Assembly (NCBI GenBank): GCA_030141605.1
Contig: JAQGDQ010002368.1
Coordinates: forward strand, 496,001-560,000
DNA length: 64,000 bases
Source: Tubiluchus corallicola
Lineage: Eukaryota > Animalia > Priapulida
Reading direction: 5' to 3'
Part shown: in pieces, positions 51,701 to 64,000 of the stretch
How positions within the stretch are numbered: position 1 is the first letter of the stretch
Layout of the letters: every line of letters starts with the position of its first letter
Translations under genes and position numbers: made by a program
Notes under the pieces: model-generated
What the model was told of the DNA's origin: nothing
Database searches by the model: none
Seen by the model: the letters and a program-made list of their open reading frames with translations, nothing else

Positions 51701-54700
51701 CACGTTTGTAAATACTGCATACATGTCGTTTTAACCACGTAGTTTATGTAAAAATTGTCCTATTTTGTGTTTTGTGTGTGTCACTATTTCCTAATCCTTC
51801 TAGGTGTTGTTCTTAATACCACGTATTCACTACCTGCGGTACCAGTACCAACCCTTGTAATTAGGAATAATTAATTCTGACACTGACCTGGTAGTAACGA
51901 TATAATTTGCATCTCATTATAATACCGATGAAGCTACCGATAGAAGCGTATTCGTAATCGGTGAATTCGTCACATGTCAGCTTATCAGACAAAATATGTT
52001 TTCCGTATACAGCAAACTCTGTGAGAATTGTTTACCCATGATTGACTAAAATATCCTTTTTGCCTGTGCTTTTTCTGTGTGCATGTCAAGTTCGGGAAGT
52101 CCGTACGGCTTTTTTGTGCAGTTCGGCCTGATCCAGTGCTCAGTAGCGGACTTACTTAAAACAAAACAATCTTAAACTGTAGATCAAAACAATCTAATCT
52201 TTAAAATATTGAAGTAAACATACTATTTTTTCAAAAATGACTTACGTGAAAGAATTATTACCACACAAACACAATTTCGCGTTCGCGTTCGCGCCACTAG
52301 TTCCTCATCGTTGCATGCATTTCGCCATTCGCTAGTTAGACAGGCACCAGTGCCTGCATCTCGGAAGCGCATTGCACAAAAAACAGATGCTGTACTTCTC
52401 AATTCAGATGTATTAGTTTGTGACGAACTACACACGTTCGACAGCTCATGCGTGAGCACAGCGGTAAATCTGAAATTTTAATTTTTTATATTAAAACTTG
52501 TCTGATTTTAGTACAACACACTGAACAACTTACAGTAGCACTGTACTTCAATTTTCGCTTTTGCAAACACGTGCAACACGCTAATGGAATATTTTTGCTG
52601 TTGAAAATTGTTAGTTAAAGATGTCATCAATAGTTGGTCTCGCCCACCATTAATTAATTATCAGAAACGCTTTTGCAGTATTAATTGTGTTAAAATGTGT
52701 TTTTATTTGACTTGAAAATGAGGTAGTATATGAAAAATCATCCTGTCTTCCTTTAACCTAGGTGGTGTGGCAGTACCAGAATCTGAGTAATTATCATGTA
52801 TAGACCCCTCAAATGAGACACTGAGCCGAATTGCTGCCTCATTCACATTCACGTATTGCATATAACGGTTGTGAATAAAGGGAATATTGGAATACAAACA
52901 TTACACATGAACTTGAAGCCGTCCAGAGACAGTTTATTCGATAGTCACTTGTCCATTTGCTAACCAGTTCCGGCGTTACTTAAAGAGGAAGAAACTTTAG
53001 GCAGTTTTAAAGTATGTTCCAAATACCTGTTTGAAATACTTATATAACTAGAAGAGAAGAGGCTTACTAATTTAAAATGTTCGCGTCTACTGATAAAATG
53101 TCACTCACTCACCTTCCTAGTGTTCAAGCTGATTCGCCAAAAATATTTTTAATTTTATTGACAAATGACAAGATGAAGTAAGTAATTTATATTTTTGCTT
53201 AGCTAGTGAAGTGTACCTAGGAATACTGTGATGATTTTTTCAAATTTACGCAATGTTACCTAAATTTGTTTCAAACAATCTACCGGTCAAATGGCTGTGC
53301 CTAACGGTCACAGAGGGAGTTTAAGTTTTCAAGTTTTATACTGCGTTGCTGATAATACAAGTGCTGTGCGCAGTTAAGGAGTAAGGTGATACAAAAGCGC
53401 AACACGATTTTTTGCTTTATGTATGTAAAGGGTTCTCTTGTGCTTTACTTTTACAGCGAAGGTCGCACAGCTAACAGTCAGCTGTTCCCGTTGCTATATA
53501 ATTCTTCATTACTCACTTTTTCTGTATTGTATTTTTTACAATTGTACCCCCCTGGTAAAATGATCGATTTCTTAAATTCCAAAGATAAAAAAGTTTTAAA
53601 AGATTTTTCAAGTATTTATTTGCTTATCTGATTTTGCGCCATACATAGGAAATAACTTCAAAGGCATGCTTAATTTAACAAACGTTTTTCTTTTGCGGCG
53701 TGGTTGTGACACTGCTATGTTTGTTTCCAGTCTTGTTTACTGTCTGTTACATGCATTTTGATGTGCTAAGACAACCTGTAGAGTTCAGGTTATGCTAATA
53801 AACCATTAGCTGTGTTAATTTCCATTATTAAACCCTAATGACACAGTAACCATTGTTTCAAACATTCTACCAAATCTTCAGTAGTGAAGTGTTGTAAATG
53901 ATCAAGAGCGATCAGTTTGTTAAGGGCTCATTTGCAATGTTAAATACTTTCTTTCAGTGACCTTTCACCCTTTAGTTTAAGGGTGTTGTTGAGAGGAGCC
54001 GATTTTAACGGTGAATTTATTCTTATTTGCTGATTAATTCTCCACATGAATAGTTAGTTAGCGCGGCACTGCAACTTAATTAGCATTATTTGTTTAAATG
54101 ATCTGGCAATAGAACATAATTATGCTATCTAAAATAATCTGACTATCTGTGAGGTCGCAATTACATATGCTGAACATGTACCTTACTAAACTTACTAAAC
54201 CGTTGTATATGTAATTCTGAGATCAGGATCACGTGATTTGTTTATGACGTGCAACAATGGCTGCCAAGATGCTCACAAAAGTTAGTTTCGATCCAACATC
54301 CTAACGCTAAATTTTATCAAACTTAATTTTTCAGTTTTGAAGAATTTTAAGTAACAAACTCTGGGTTCTGTGAAGAAACAAAGTACAAATACTTTAGTTT
54401 ATGGATAACTTTGCTGTGCACATCGAATTCACAGACGTAGTTATGTGCAGGATGTCCCACACATCACTATACAATTTTCATTTTCTATATTTTTAGCAAA
54501 GCAAAATATTTGAAAATTTGTACAAGTGAATTAAAATCGAGTACAATGAGTAAGCTTTGATATTTTCGCTGCCTTGTTCAAGGAACTCTATAGCTTTAGA
54601 GACCAGTCCAATGGCAAGTCGGACATTCTGCATCAAAAAGTCGCTCACAGCCTGTGAGTGGCAAGGAATTACTGCACCTTGTTAAAAAATTATCAATATT

Positions 54701-57700
54701 GTCGTCCATAATTATGGTGTTCTAAATTTCCGGTAACTTCAGTTGGTGATCGAAAAACCTCATACCTGTCGTCGCTGTAGCGCCGGGGTTCCAGTCAAAA
54801 TGAATAAAAACAATTGCCAAATGCCCCTTATGATTCATGTACGAGTTTGCTGATGTCGGAGATAAATTTAAAAAGCAAATTAGAATCAAAAGTGCAAGGT
54901 GAGTTATGAGACACCTTATATAATAATCGCCTGTTAGAAAAGATGGCGCATAATCATTTAGTCCAGACAAACAGTATGACCCAATGGCAACTGCATATTA
55001 ATAAGTACATTCAGATGATAGTGTATAACGGAGACTGCATGCCAATCAGATTGTAATATAAGGACTGGTATCTGATTGGCACACGTATCAGTACGACGGT
55101 CATAAATGATGACCTAAAAGTCTATATAATTGTAAAAATTGTATAGAGAGTAAAACGGCATATATAAACGGCAATTAAAATGATAATAACTTTTGATGCA
55201 TGTTATTTTTGTTAGCTTAGCGTGTAGTGTAGTATATTTGAAGGTATTGTACATGCATAATATTAATGTACAAAGATGAGTAATTGAGTGACTTCCTAAT
55301 GTTAAATTTCAGTCTATCACTCTTACGTTATCCATTCGTTTGACTTTGATTTTTTTTGAGTACGTATTGAAGATGATAAAATATTATTTTCAAAGTAAAT
55401 TAATATAACGAGATGTTTAAACCGTAAAACCTTCAATCGGGCGAGAGAAATGTTATTGCCAACCGAAGTAAGGCAATACTGAGACAGGTAACTAAAAAGA
55501 CTGGCGACACTCAGGAAGATCCCTTCCGCAATTTTGCCAAACATTCTGTTGTGGGCTATTTTCATCTGCCTTATTGTCTTTAACTTTGTAGTCTTCTATT
55601 TCCTCAGAGGGAATGTATATTTTAAGAAAATAGTTATATTTAAAAATAAAGTCAATATAACGGAAACGCTCGCACTATAAAAAGCTGTTCTCATTAAATT
55701 CAAAAATTTTAGTTGTCAAGTAATGCAGTACATGTTTATTGAGCAAGTAGTACTATCTCAGCTCAAGGTGATATGATGTAGCCAAAGTTAGTTGTTTAAA
55801 GATTATTTGTTAAATACTGTATACTACACGCAATCAATCACTCAATTTTGAAACAACTCCATCCACGTTCGCCGACCCACCCCACCCCCATCTAATCGCC
55901 CACTTCCTCAGAAAACTGCGGAACTTGATTATACCACCAGTAACTCGCTCTGATTCACTCTGTGCGATTTCAAAAAGCTATTTTAGCACTGTTAACACAA
56001 TACTTGACATGCTACTATTAACCATCAGTAGTACTACCACTGTATTTTCAGGCAGTTTTTTTCTCCATTCTTTGTTGTGTGTTTACGTAGATGTTTATTT
56101 CCTCCACTGATATTTTTTTCATCAGTTTTTGCAGTGTCAAAATTACTCAGGTGAATTTATTATTGTCATTGCCGTTGTCAGTAGGTTTGAACCGTAGGAT
56201 AAGCCAGTTATGCTTGCGTGGCGATTTAATGAAACATGTAGAATTGGGTTCAAGTAGTCAATCGCCCACACAGAAATTCAAGACATGGTTCATGTGTTAG
56301 AAATATGGCTCAATCACACCTAATCAACATTACGATTCATGTTGATTAGTCTATCAGTTGTGTTGGAAGGTAAAATTTAAGTGCCACATGCACAGCAGCA
56401 GCGAAACTACGAGCTTATATTCGTAATTAGTTGGCAACGTCATATGGAACACACACAGAAAAAAACCAAAAACAGTGCAGCTTGCAAAGTTTAGCTGAGG
56501 TTAACGTAGCCACTATAGAATAAAATGTCTAGTTTCTGCTTAGGTGTAGGCTAGGCGTAATAAGCTTTGTAGTAAATACAACACCAAGAAAACGTGACTG
56601 ATTAATGCTGACCGGCGATTTTTCCCAAATGCTCACCGAAAACAAAACATAGCGCTAAGTATGGAAGATTCTGTTCAAAATCGGTCGTGTTAAACAGGCC
56701 CAATTGGGGTAAAAACGAATAATGCACAGTAGAAAATCTAACAAAAAATAAACAGAAAATAAATGGAAAATATGCGAGCTACAGTAGTTACGCACACAGC
56801 TTCATCAAGACGCATTTCTACTCATTTTGTTTTAACACAAACTGGGTTTTGCTGTGGCAGTGAACCTTTCTCGTGTTTTAATTTTCAGATGAGAGTTGAT
56901 TAAACGCGCATTTTTAACAAATTAAATTCCAAACGTTAAGCTGCGTATTTTGTACTAAATCAGGTCTTCGTGAATTTAGTTCAGCTTGTTTTGTGTTAAG
57001 TTAAATACGTACTTATTGAATTAAATTCCCTTACAATATGCTGTTATGCTGCACAGTGCCGAAACTATTGATGATTGGGCATCAAAACCGACTTACCATA
57101 GACCTTGAATCTCTTAATTAAAGAAAGCTGTGGACAGCTTTTGAGAAATAATTAAGCCAACAAATTTTCTCGAGTATTTTGCTTGTCAAAGGGTGCTTGA
57201 TGAATTGCAGAATAATTGCGAGTGTTTTTTAATTTTGCCGAAGACTTTCGGTGTTTGCAAGGGGTTGTTCTGAAGGACGCAGAGGTCGAGTTTTTCTCTT
57301 TCTGTACGTTCTAGTTTCTGTTCTATATAATAAATTAATAATAACGCCCAATATTGCTCGTGGACTATTATAGACGTAAATTAATGCTTTTATAGTCACT
57401 TGGGCTTTTATAACTCATAATATCTTTTTATTTGCAGGCGGTTTTTTGTGTTTCTTAATATATACAAAGCTATAGTTTCAGGCAAATTATGTTAATCCAG
57501 TGTTGCTGTTTAATTCGTTCTGTGTTCTTTTAATTGATCACCAAGTAGTTTTTAGCTGTTAATTTTTATAATTTTTACTGAGACACGGCCTTTTTCATTG
57601 CCAAGATAACAACACATTTTCCTGTTTGCAGTCATGTTCAGAAAATTACGTATTATTCCGCAGTTGCCCTTGAAGGTGATGGGTTGAGAACTCAGTGGAT

Positions 57701-60700
57701 AGTTCTAAGTACTTTTCTAGAAGACAAGCTTGAATAATAATTTTCTCCTTAGTTTGCACAACGTAATGAGTTAACTTAGGCCACAAACTGATGATTATAG
57801 TCGAAAAATGTAGGAAAGCGTAAAAAATTTTAGTGGTGTCGCTGCACAAGTTAAACCTACCATGCTTTCGTACAAGACTTAAATTGCAAAAACTTCAATT
57901 TTAATATCAAAGAAATAACCAAAACCCTAATTTATCTAACATGTCTTTCTACTACGTATGAGCTCTCTTTTTATTAATATGAGGTGATACAGAAAAATAT
58001 GCTGAACTAGACTGCAATACTATTAGAAGCAAGTACCTTCAAAGTAGAAATTTCACAGCATACTGTTACAATACATTTATTTTTGACTGTGAAAGTTACA
58101 AGTTTATAATTTTTGTAATTTTTAAGTAGTAGCCGAAAAGCTTTTGCATATTAAAAGTTTACATGCTGGAACAGATAATCATCACCAACTGAAAAAACCA
58201 CGTTGGTGCATAAATTACTTCATACGTGTCAGCAAATTTATAAAGAAATCAAGTCTAGTTAGTCAATTAGGTTATATCCAATAGGTTACACACATGTCTT
58301 CACTACAAAAGACCGATATTAAAATTTTGTTATCAATAAAAGTAGGACTTGATCGCCTAGACTACGGTACCTGGAATCCCCTTGAAGAGAAAGTCAAGAA
58401 CAGTCGCACAGAGCCGTTGATGCGCAGGAAAAATGCAAAAATTGTTTTGAGTGCTGGCCTCTACCTCCTTAAGGAAGTGAGAAACTACATCAGCTGTTAG
58501 AAGAAACGCCTTCGTCTAGTTTGTATTGAAAATAATGGACACGTAGGCACTGCTGTAAATTTTAGCAGTAGCGACATACAGTTTTTTCTTGCCACGTTGT
58601 TTTGACACGTTGTTTTCAAGCTTCTGCGTCTTTGGGAAAATCTAAGGAAATAACCTGTTTATAGGTAATCGTCTGTAGCGTTAGTGTGGTTATTGTCAAA
58701 TTCCGGACATTTTATAGCGTAGTACATATGTCTCAGAATTGTCCCATTTTTTACTATTTAAATTAATTCTTTGAGATTACACAATCATGATAAAGTAAGG
58801 CGCTTTAGCTTGATGAATAGAGTTAAGCGTACATTTTCTCTTAATTTGATTATAGGAACGAAGTAAGAGAGGTCACAAATATAGTACAAAAACGATATCA
58901 GTGTCACAAACTGCAAACATGGGTAATAACTTTTCCCATCTCTAGTGAGTTGTTTACACTAGTTATTGTAATAATTACTGGTTCCACGTATTGTATGTGG
59001 ATTAGGATATGCTATTGTTCGTCATTGTGTTAGTGGCCCCCATTTCATCAGTAATCCTCAGTGGGTTTTGCTGATATAGCTTTAGTAGCCTACCAAACTA
59101 CCTGTATTATGTGTGCCTATTGTCTGGTCAATCAATTTTGTAAAGTTCATTACCTGCAGATGCTTTCAGTCCTCCATCATGCCAGTCCGCAAAAATTGGT
59201 GGTCTGTGCTGTATATGTCTAGATTAATAGATTGCGCCTGCGCAAAATATCTAATGGGAAAAAGGAGGGTTTTTGAGCTACAGTTAATATAAAACAATAC
59301 CACTGGGAAAGCCAAGTGACGTTTTTAAAAAAATAAGTCTATGCCTTTTTATTGAGAACAAGGGTATTGTGACGTTATAAGGTTGCTGTGGTTAAGGACT
59401 TTAGGTCAGCTTATCAAATTCAATAACCGAGGTATTATCAAAAACTGTGACTTTTTTGCGTAATCGGGATTTTAGATCCTTTCAGTATTTTTAGATACTC
59501 TTCTTGTTTGTACGTCCTGTTTTTCCTGTTTGTCCTTTTTATTTTTATGTTGACAATTTTCAGTGCGTTCTCTTTTATAGCCAAGTCACAGCAGTAAGGA
59601 TAAAAGTTGTTATAATTTTTGAGAGGAAAGAGTAAATGAGGGAAAGATTTGAGCTCGCTACCTGAGTTTACCATACCTGTTTTTGCCATCTCAGGTAATA
59701 TACATTTTAGATACAGCTCAGCCTTAGAAGTTCAGCACTTTCGACGTATCCTATATGTTTAGTTCTTTAACTTTTTGTCATGATTTCAAAAACAATTATT
59801 CTTGTAGTATACTTTCATTGAATAGATAGACAGCCTCCTGTCAGGGTATTTTGCCTGCTAATTAGCTGTTTTTATTAACCTCAACCACATCTTTAGGCCC
59901 CTTAAAAAAGTAACGCCTAATATATCAAATTGATGGTTCCAGTTCAATACAGTGACATGGATGTTTTAGTGACCTCTCGTTGCGAAAGCCAAACAAATTC
60001 CTTCACACTAATCGATGTGTTCAACAAAGGTGGACAGAGAAACCTAAAAGCAAAATCATTAATATCTGTCTCAAAATAGTTTTTTACTTTCTGATCGAAC
60101 CGTTTACTATACAGGACGACTATCACCTCTAACAAGACGTTTGTAAGAGATTTATTAATGGCCCCGCGGACAAACGGTTCACTAAAGTTGTGATGAAATT
60201 AATTTATTAACTAATCTCAGGACAGCCAAAAGTTGGGGAAAAGTTATGTTTTTCTGATTGATCAACTCTGCAACAATTTGAAATGCGCCCAAGCAACATA
60301 TTTATTCTGGCAAGATATTTGTTGAGAGATACATATATTCAGACACGTGAGGTAGCCACAAGGCCAAATGATATAAGGTGCCATGTAAAAAGACAGAAAC
60401 TGCTAGACTATATTTGTTCCCTCTAAGAACAACTATGGCGGGCCCTAGATATGTGTACAAGTTCTACAAGAGAAATTGGCAACCAAATGCGCTTTCATGT
60501 ATGTATAATTTTCCTGTATGATGGTGCCGATGTCATCGGTCAAATGCAGCGGAGAATTTTTTAACCAGAACCAAAATCCCAGTATTCGATTGGCCTGGAA
60601 ACAATCCGGACCTTAACCCCAGTGAAACTTTGGATAATTGTAAGTGTAATTGTTGATAAAATTGCAGAAAAACAACCATCAAATACATAAAACCGGACAA

Positions 60701-63700
60701 TAGACTCAATCTCATTATAATTTACTGTCCAAATTATATATTTTCTTGCCTATAAAAGTTAGCAGTTGCTTATAATATTTTAATAATTACCTTGGAAACT
60801 TAACTAACGTCAACTGAACACAGCTATCGCTTACGTCACAAACTAACCACTGTTTGTGCAATGGTAGACATCTTCCCTGCTCCGTCAAGCACGTTTGCGT
60901 AAGCGAAGATTACTATAAGACACTGATGCGATGTCCCGAAAATGAACCCTACGTCATAGTGATGTCAAAGACAAACACTGCAGTTCACGATCATGCTTAT
61001 CACGGTACCGCACCTATTTGTCAGCCACTCGAATGTGCCAAAATGCATTATTGTCAGTCTGAGTGGATTCGCTGTGCCGCGCGTAGCTTTGAAAGTTTAA
61101 CAAAATCTAACAATCCGAGCTAATTATTATTTAATCTAAGGTTTGATTTAAAAAGGCTTGTAGTTTTCAATATTTTAGTGCATACTTTATTTTGACCTAA
61201 TGTCTACACAATCGCCCGGTTTTCTTTAAGAGAAACCCCTAAGGATATAATTATTATTCTTTGGGTAAAAGAATTCTCCACAGAAAGTTGTAACTTGACA
61301 GCAGCATACCGAACGCTTATACACAATGGGTTGTCAAAAGTAAAACAAGCTACACAAAATATTGAAATTTTTGTGACATGGAAACAATTTTCGTGCCGGA
61401 AATTTCATTTAAGAACGTAGCTGTTCCTTCTCGAAAACAAAATTTGCAAATGACTGTAAAATTGAAATATGGGCAATTAAGCAGAAAAACTCGATAAGCG
61501 AGAAGACCAACGCTTCGCGTTTCGGAGTTTACTTTTAACTCGTTTCATTTCGCTAAAATAGTCGTGGCATCGTTATACAAATTATGATATTCGTGCGCTA
61601 ATTTCAATTTTAATTTTCAATTTCAGTTAGCTTTCTGTTATACACCCGTGTTCCAGGCATAAATTGAAAGTCCCTGTTCCTGTTTCTGGATCTAGGTTTG
61701 CTTATAAGTGTTAATGACCTTCAGAGACGGCCCCGCAGAGGGTTACCCAAGAGAAGGTTGTTTCCCTTGTGCCACCGTTACTCTGCATAGTATACCTGTG
61801 TCGCGTGATTTCTTAACGCTTATTAAGTAACCCAAGGTAGCGAAGGATAAGGATTAGTCGGTATTTGTGGATTTGATAATTTGCTTTCTTTACTCGCACG
61901 GGTAAACTTTCTATGCGCACGCACAGTTGACTTTTCCCTTAATTGGCAATTACAGAGAGCGTTCACATTTCTAGATGCGCGCTTATTTTACCTTGTAAAA
62001 ATTAATCGTGTTTGGCAGCTCATTTGACTCGGTTTACAGTGTTAGCTAAAATAAGCTGTTTATAATTATTTATTTCCATGTTCTGTTAGAGCAGTGATCC
62101 TTGCTTTCCTCTTCCTGGACACAGAAAACCATTCACGTGTGTGAAACCATAATTTATAACTAACTGGCATTTTTTCCGATAAAGTTTAATGCTTCTGTTT
62201 GTTTTTTAAGTGCCGCTTGTTATGGGCTTTTTACAGTAAAACATGAACAATTACGAACCGACTTCGTAATAAGATAGTTTAACTTAATTAGCTTTTTGCT
62301 GTAACTCGATATATGATTGTTTCTTTCCAAAATAATCGTGTTGATAATTTTGAATGGTAACCCAAAATCTTATAAGTCAGTTGCATCACCATACATTATG
62401 AGATTAATTTGTGACAGTCAACAAGCCCCATTGCCCTTCCTCATTACCTTTTGTGTTGACACACGTGTATTAACTTATGAGTTTGCCACTGAAGGGCCCG
62501 TATTTACATCGCTGGGACAAACAGATGAAAAAAACGTCACCTATAGATTAGACTATTTGTACATGTACTATATTAATTAAGCGGCTCTTACGCACGCAAC
62601 GGCATCTAAGACGCCACAAACAAGTATTTCAACTATGTATATGTACAATTAAGTATATGTTAAGTTAACATTAAAACCCTTTGAGGAATACCTGTGGTAT
62701 TTGAGGTGCATTTGCATATAATTTATGTAAAAAGTTTGGTTTCGAATAACACTGATGGTTTTGTTATTTTGATCCATATGTGGTTTCGTTCACACTTTAA
62801 GTATGTGGAATGGGTGAAGCTGTAGTACAGAGTATTTGAGAAGAATGATAAGGTTTATCTTTAGCATCTTGGAATGGCGGAACAATAATAAACATCAACC
62901 TAGATGTCGTTACGTAATTAACCCTATTATGCAAATGATGCAATTTAAATATATTACATCACTCAAAATTTGCAATAACTTTTTTATACCTACAAGTAAG
63001 CTACCGTTTTATACCTATAAGTAAGCTACCGTTAATCACAAGCAGCTTTTGTGCAGTTTTTTTGAAAACGTACGTTTAACATATTATTCACTTTTCTCTG
63101 GTTCGAGTTTGTAACGAGATAATTATATAATATAATATATTATTAATATATTATATAACTTCCTTTTGGTTTTCTTTTCCAGTTTGCGGGCTCTGCATCT
63201 TCACAATAATCATCTCAGTTCTCTACCAAGTGAACTTGCCAACATGAAGCAACTATCTGAACTCATACTGGCATTCAACAGGTTCAGCGTTCTTCCTGAA
63301 GTCCTAAGTAGAATGAATCAGGTATGTAATGGCATTTTCGTACGTCGTACGTTTTCAGTCTTCAACTGATATTAAGTCGGTAATTTAATAGGTTACTTTT
63401 ACTGATGCACCCATTGTTTCATTAATGAAAAATGAGGCCTAATGAATGATAATAATGATTATGATTATGTTCTTTAGTTTAGGTTATATATTTCTTGGTA
63501 ATTAGTGTACGTCAGAAGACTAATAGCTCTAAAGATCTGATGACTTATTGATCAGGTATAAAGTTTCTGCTAAACTGGTCTTAAAGAGTGCCGTTTCTGT
63601 GTAGTATAGGCTGTGTAACTCATTGCTTTGAGTACCACAGGCTGGGTGAATGATATTCTATATTTTAGAACTTCTAATATCCAATTCTTCTTATTGTTGT

Positions 63701-64000
63701 TGTTGTCTTATGTTAACTGGAACTGGGAGTGCATTTTATGAGAATAAATAACAGTGGGAAACTTCAGTGACTAATCACTTAACCGCTGTCGTGTGCCAAG
63801 TATGTATCCAAAGTGTGACCTTTATAAAAAATAAGATCTGAGCATGAGAAAGATGAACTAATTAGTGACTTAGAAGTAATCGAATATTCAGAACATCAGA
63901 TCTACCTATAGATGTACATTTCCTCAGATGAATTGTGATTAGGATTATATATGTACTTTTCAGCTCGATAACATTGTAATGACGGGCAACTATGTGGAGC
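24707..64000 (+). CDS. PHLPP: PH domain and leucine-rich repeat protein phosphatase (PHLPP), 5' part: RA-like domain, PH domain, first LRRs; continues beyond the right edge
   Basis: Exons: 24707-25307, 30796-30930, 36139-36320, 36885-37038, 39114-39282, 63183-63321, 63964->64000. All junctions are GT-AG with matching phases (1,1,0,1,2,0). RA-like: GYIRVYD...PCSLSTTAHQIC...LHIQYNGGTIKRLEPYDHPLALQNEYLTRLGY...RIQEVG...LGYLIRFY. PH: SGQLYVRKGKVFHQWAKRFVALSGTRLLVYP...LSFGSDAEISKWLRK. LRRs: DLSNNHLEYIPE, LNLRHNAL, LHTLNLSDNDI, LQELNVSSNKIEELP, LRALHLHNNHLSSLPSEL. The PP2C domain is not in the window, so the name rests on the RA-PH-LRR order and recalled similarity. Confidence 0.9.
26600..30170 (+). 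mobile_element. Decayed near-full-length non-LTR retrotransposon (LINE; ORF1 + APE endonuclease + reverse transcriptase, CR1/L2-like organisation) in PHLPP intron 1
   Basis: ORF1-like coiled coil plus KNIVVFGLAEPE...RPRPVLV (26640-27053). APE motifs: LLSWNIHS (~27190), DIICLQE, GGIFVY, IIGDLNVR, NTTGTRLLQLC..NHLIPLN, TF.....SQLDF. RT motifs: LKPNKSPGCD, KGSRHDCNNYHGISIL, EQAG...RGCLEQ, LYIVFIDFAKVY, GVRQ...FTLFI. C-terminal RISGHKLATESG. Many frameshifts and stops. Boundaries are approximate; an AATAAA lies near 30161. Confidence 0.9.
33877..33900. repeat. (TA)12 microsatellite
   Basis: Perfect TA run, directly visible. Confidence 0.95.
47978..47993 (+). repeat. G16 homopolymer
   Basis: 16 consecutive G in an AT-rich intron. 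Confidence 0.9.
58345..58400 (+). mobile_element. Possible Tc1/mariner (DD37D/maT-like) transposase fragment
   Basis: GLDRLDYGTWNPLEEKV resembles the PDLNPLDYxxWxxLExKV motif. The match is short and diverged. Confidence 0.35.
60508..60690 (+). mobile_element. Tc1-family transposase remnant (second D to E of the DD34E triad)
   Basis: With one frameshift it reads IFLYDGA/CHRSNAAENFLTRTKIPVFDWPGNNPDLNPSE, then KIAEKQPSN. This matches Tc1 motifs DGAPCH and WPxNSPDLNPIE. Confidence 0.8.
62984..63033. repeat. 25-bp tandem duplication
   Basis: TTATACCTA(C/T)AAGTAAGCTACCGTT occurs twice, with one mismatch. Confidence 0.85.

Noticed and set aside
52719-52735. TGAGGTAGTA, the 5' end of let-7
   Set aside because: The match stops after 10 nt and no complementary arm is present.
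60815-60840. TGAACACAGCT (miR-317-like start)
   Set aside because: The 3' half does not match and there is no hairpin partner.
62779-62824. Hairpin whose 3' arm starts TGGAATG (miR-1-like)
   Set aside because: Half of the 14 pairs are G-U, the seed differs from miR-1 (GGAAUGG versus GGAAUGU) and is bulged, and there is no basal stem.

Overview
This is AT-rich, intron-containing eukaryotic DNA from an animal, most likely an invertebrate; the taxon cannot be fixed from sequence. Three spliced protein-coding genes were reconstructed by hand from GT-AG junctions with consistent reading phase. (1) A minus-strand gene (10786 to <1) has six small ankyrin-region exons joined to one stop-free exon of >3.8 kb that runs off the left edge; the ORF track missed this exon. 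(2) A complete 15-exon EFHC1/Rib72 gene lies on the minus strand (24312-13351, 669 aa). (3) The 5' part of a PHLPP gene lies on the plus strand (24707 to >64000; RA-like, PH and first LRR exons). It sits head-to-head with EFHC1, 394 bp between start codons, and has a 23.9-kb fifth intron. Introns contain a decayed near-full-length LINE, hAT and Tc1/mariner transposase remnants, MITEs, DINE-1/Helentron-like elements and microsatellites. I found no tRNA, rRNA, CRISPR array or recognisable miRNA. I cannot establish a novel biological system. The best leads are the unassigned giant ankyrin protein, the EFHC1/PHLPP bidirectional promoter, and a CpG-rich candidate internal exon or promoter in the giant PHLPP intron.
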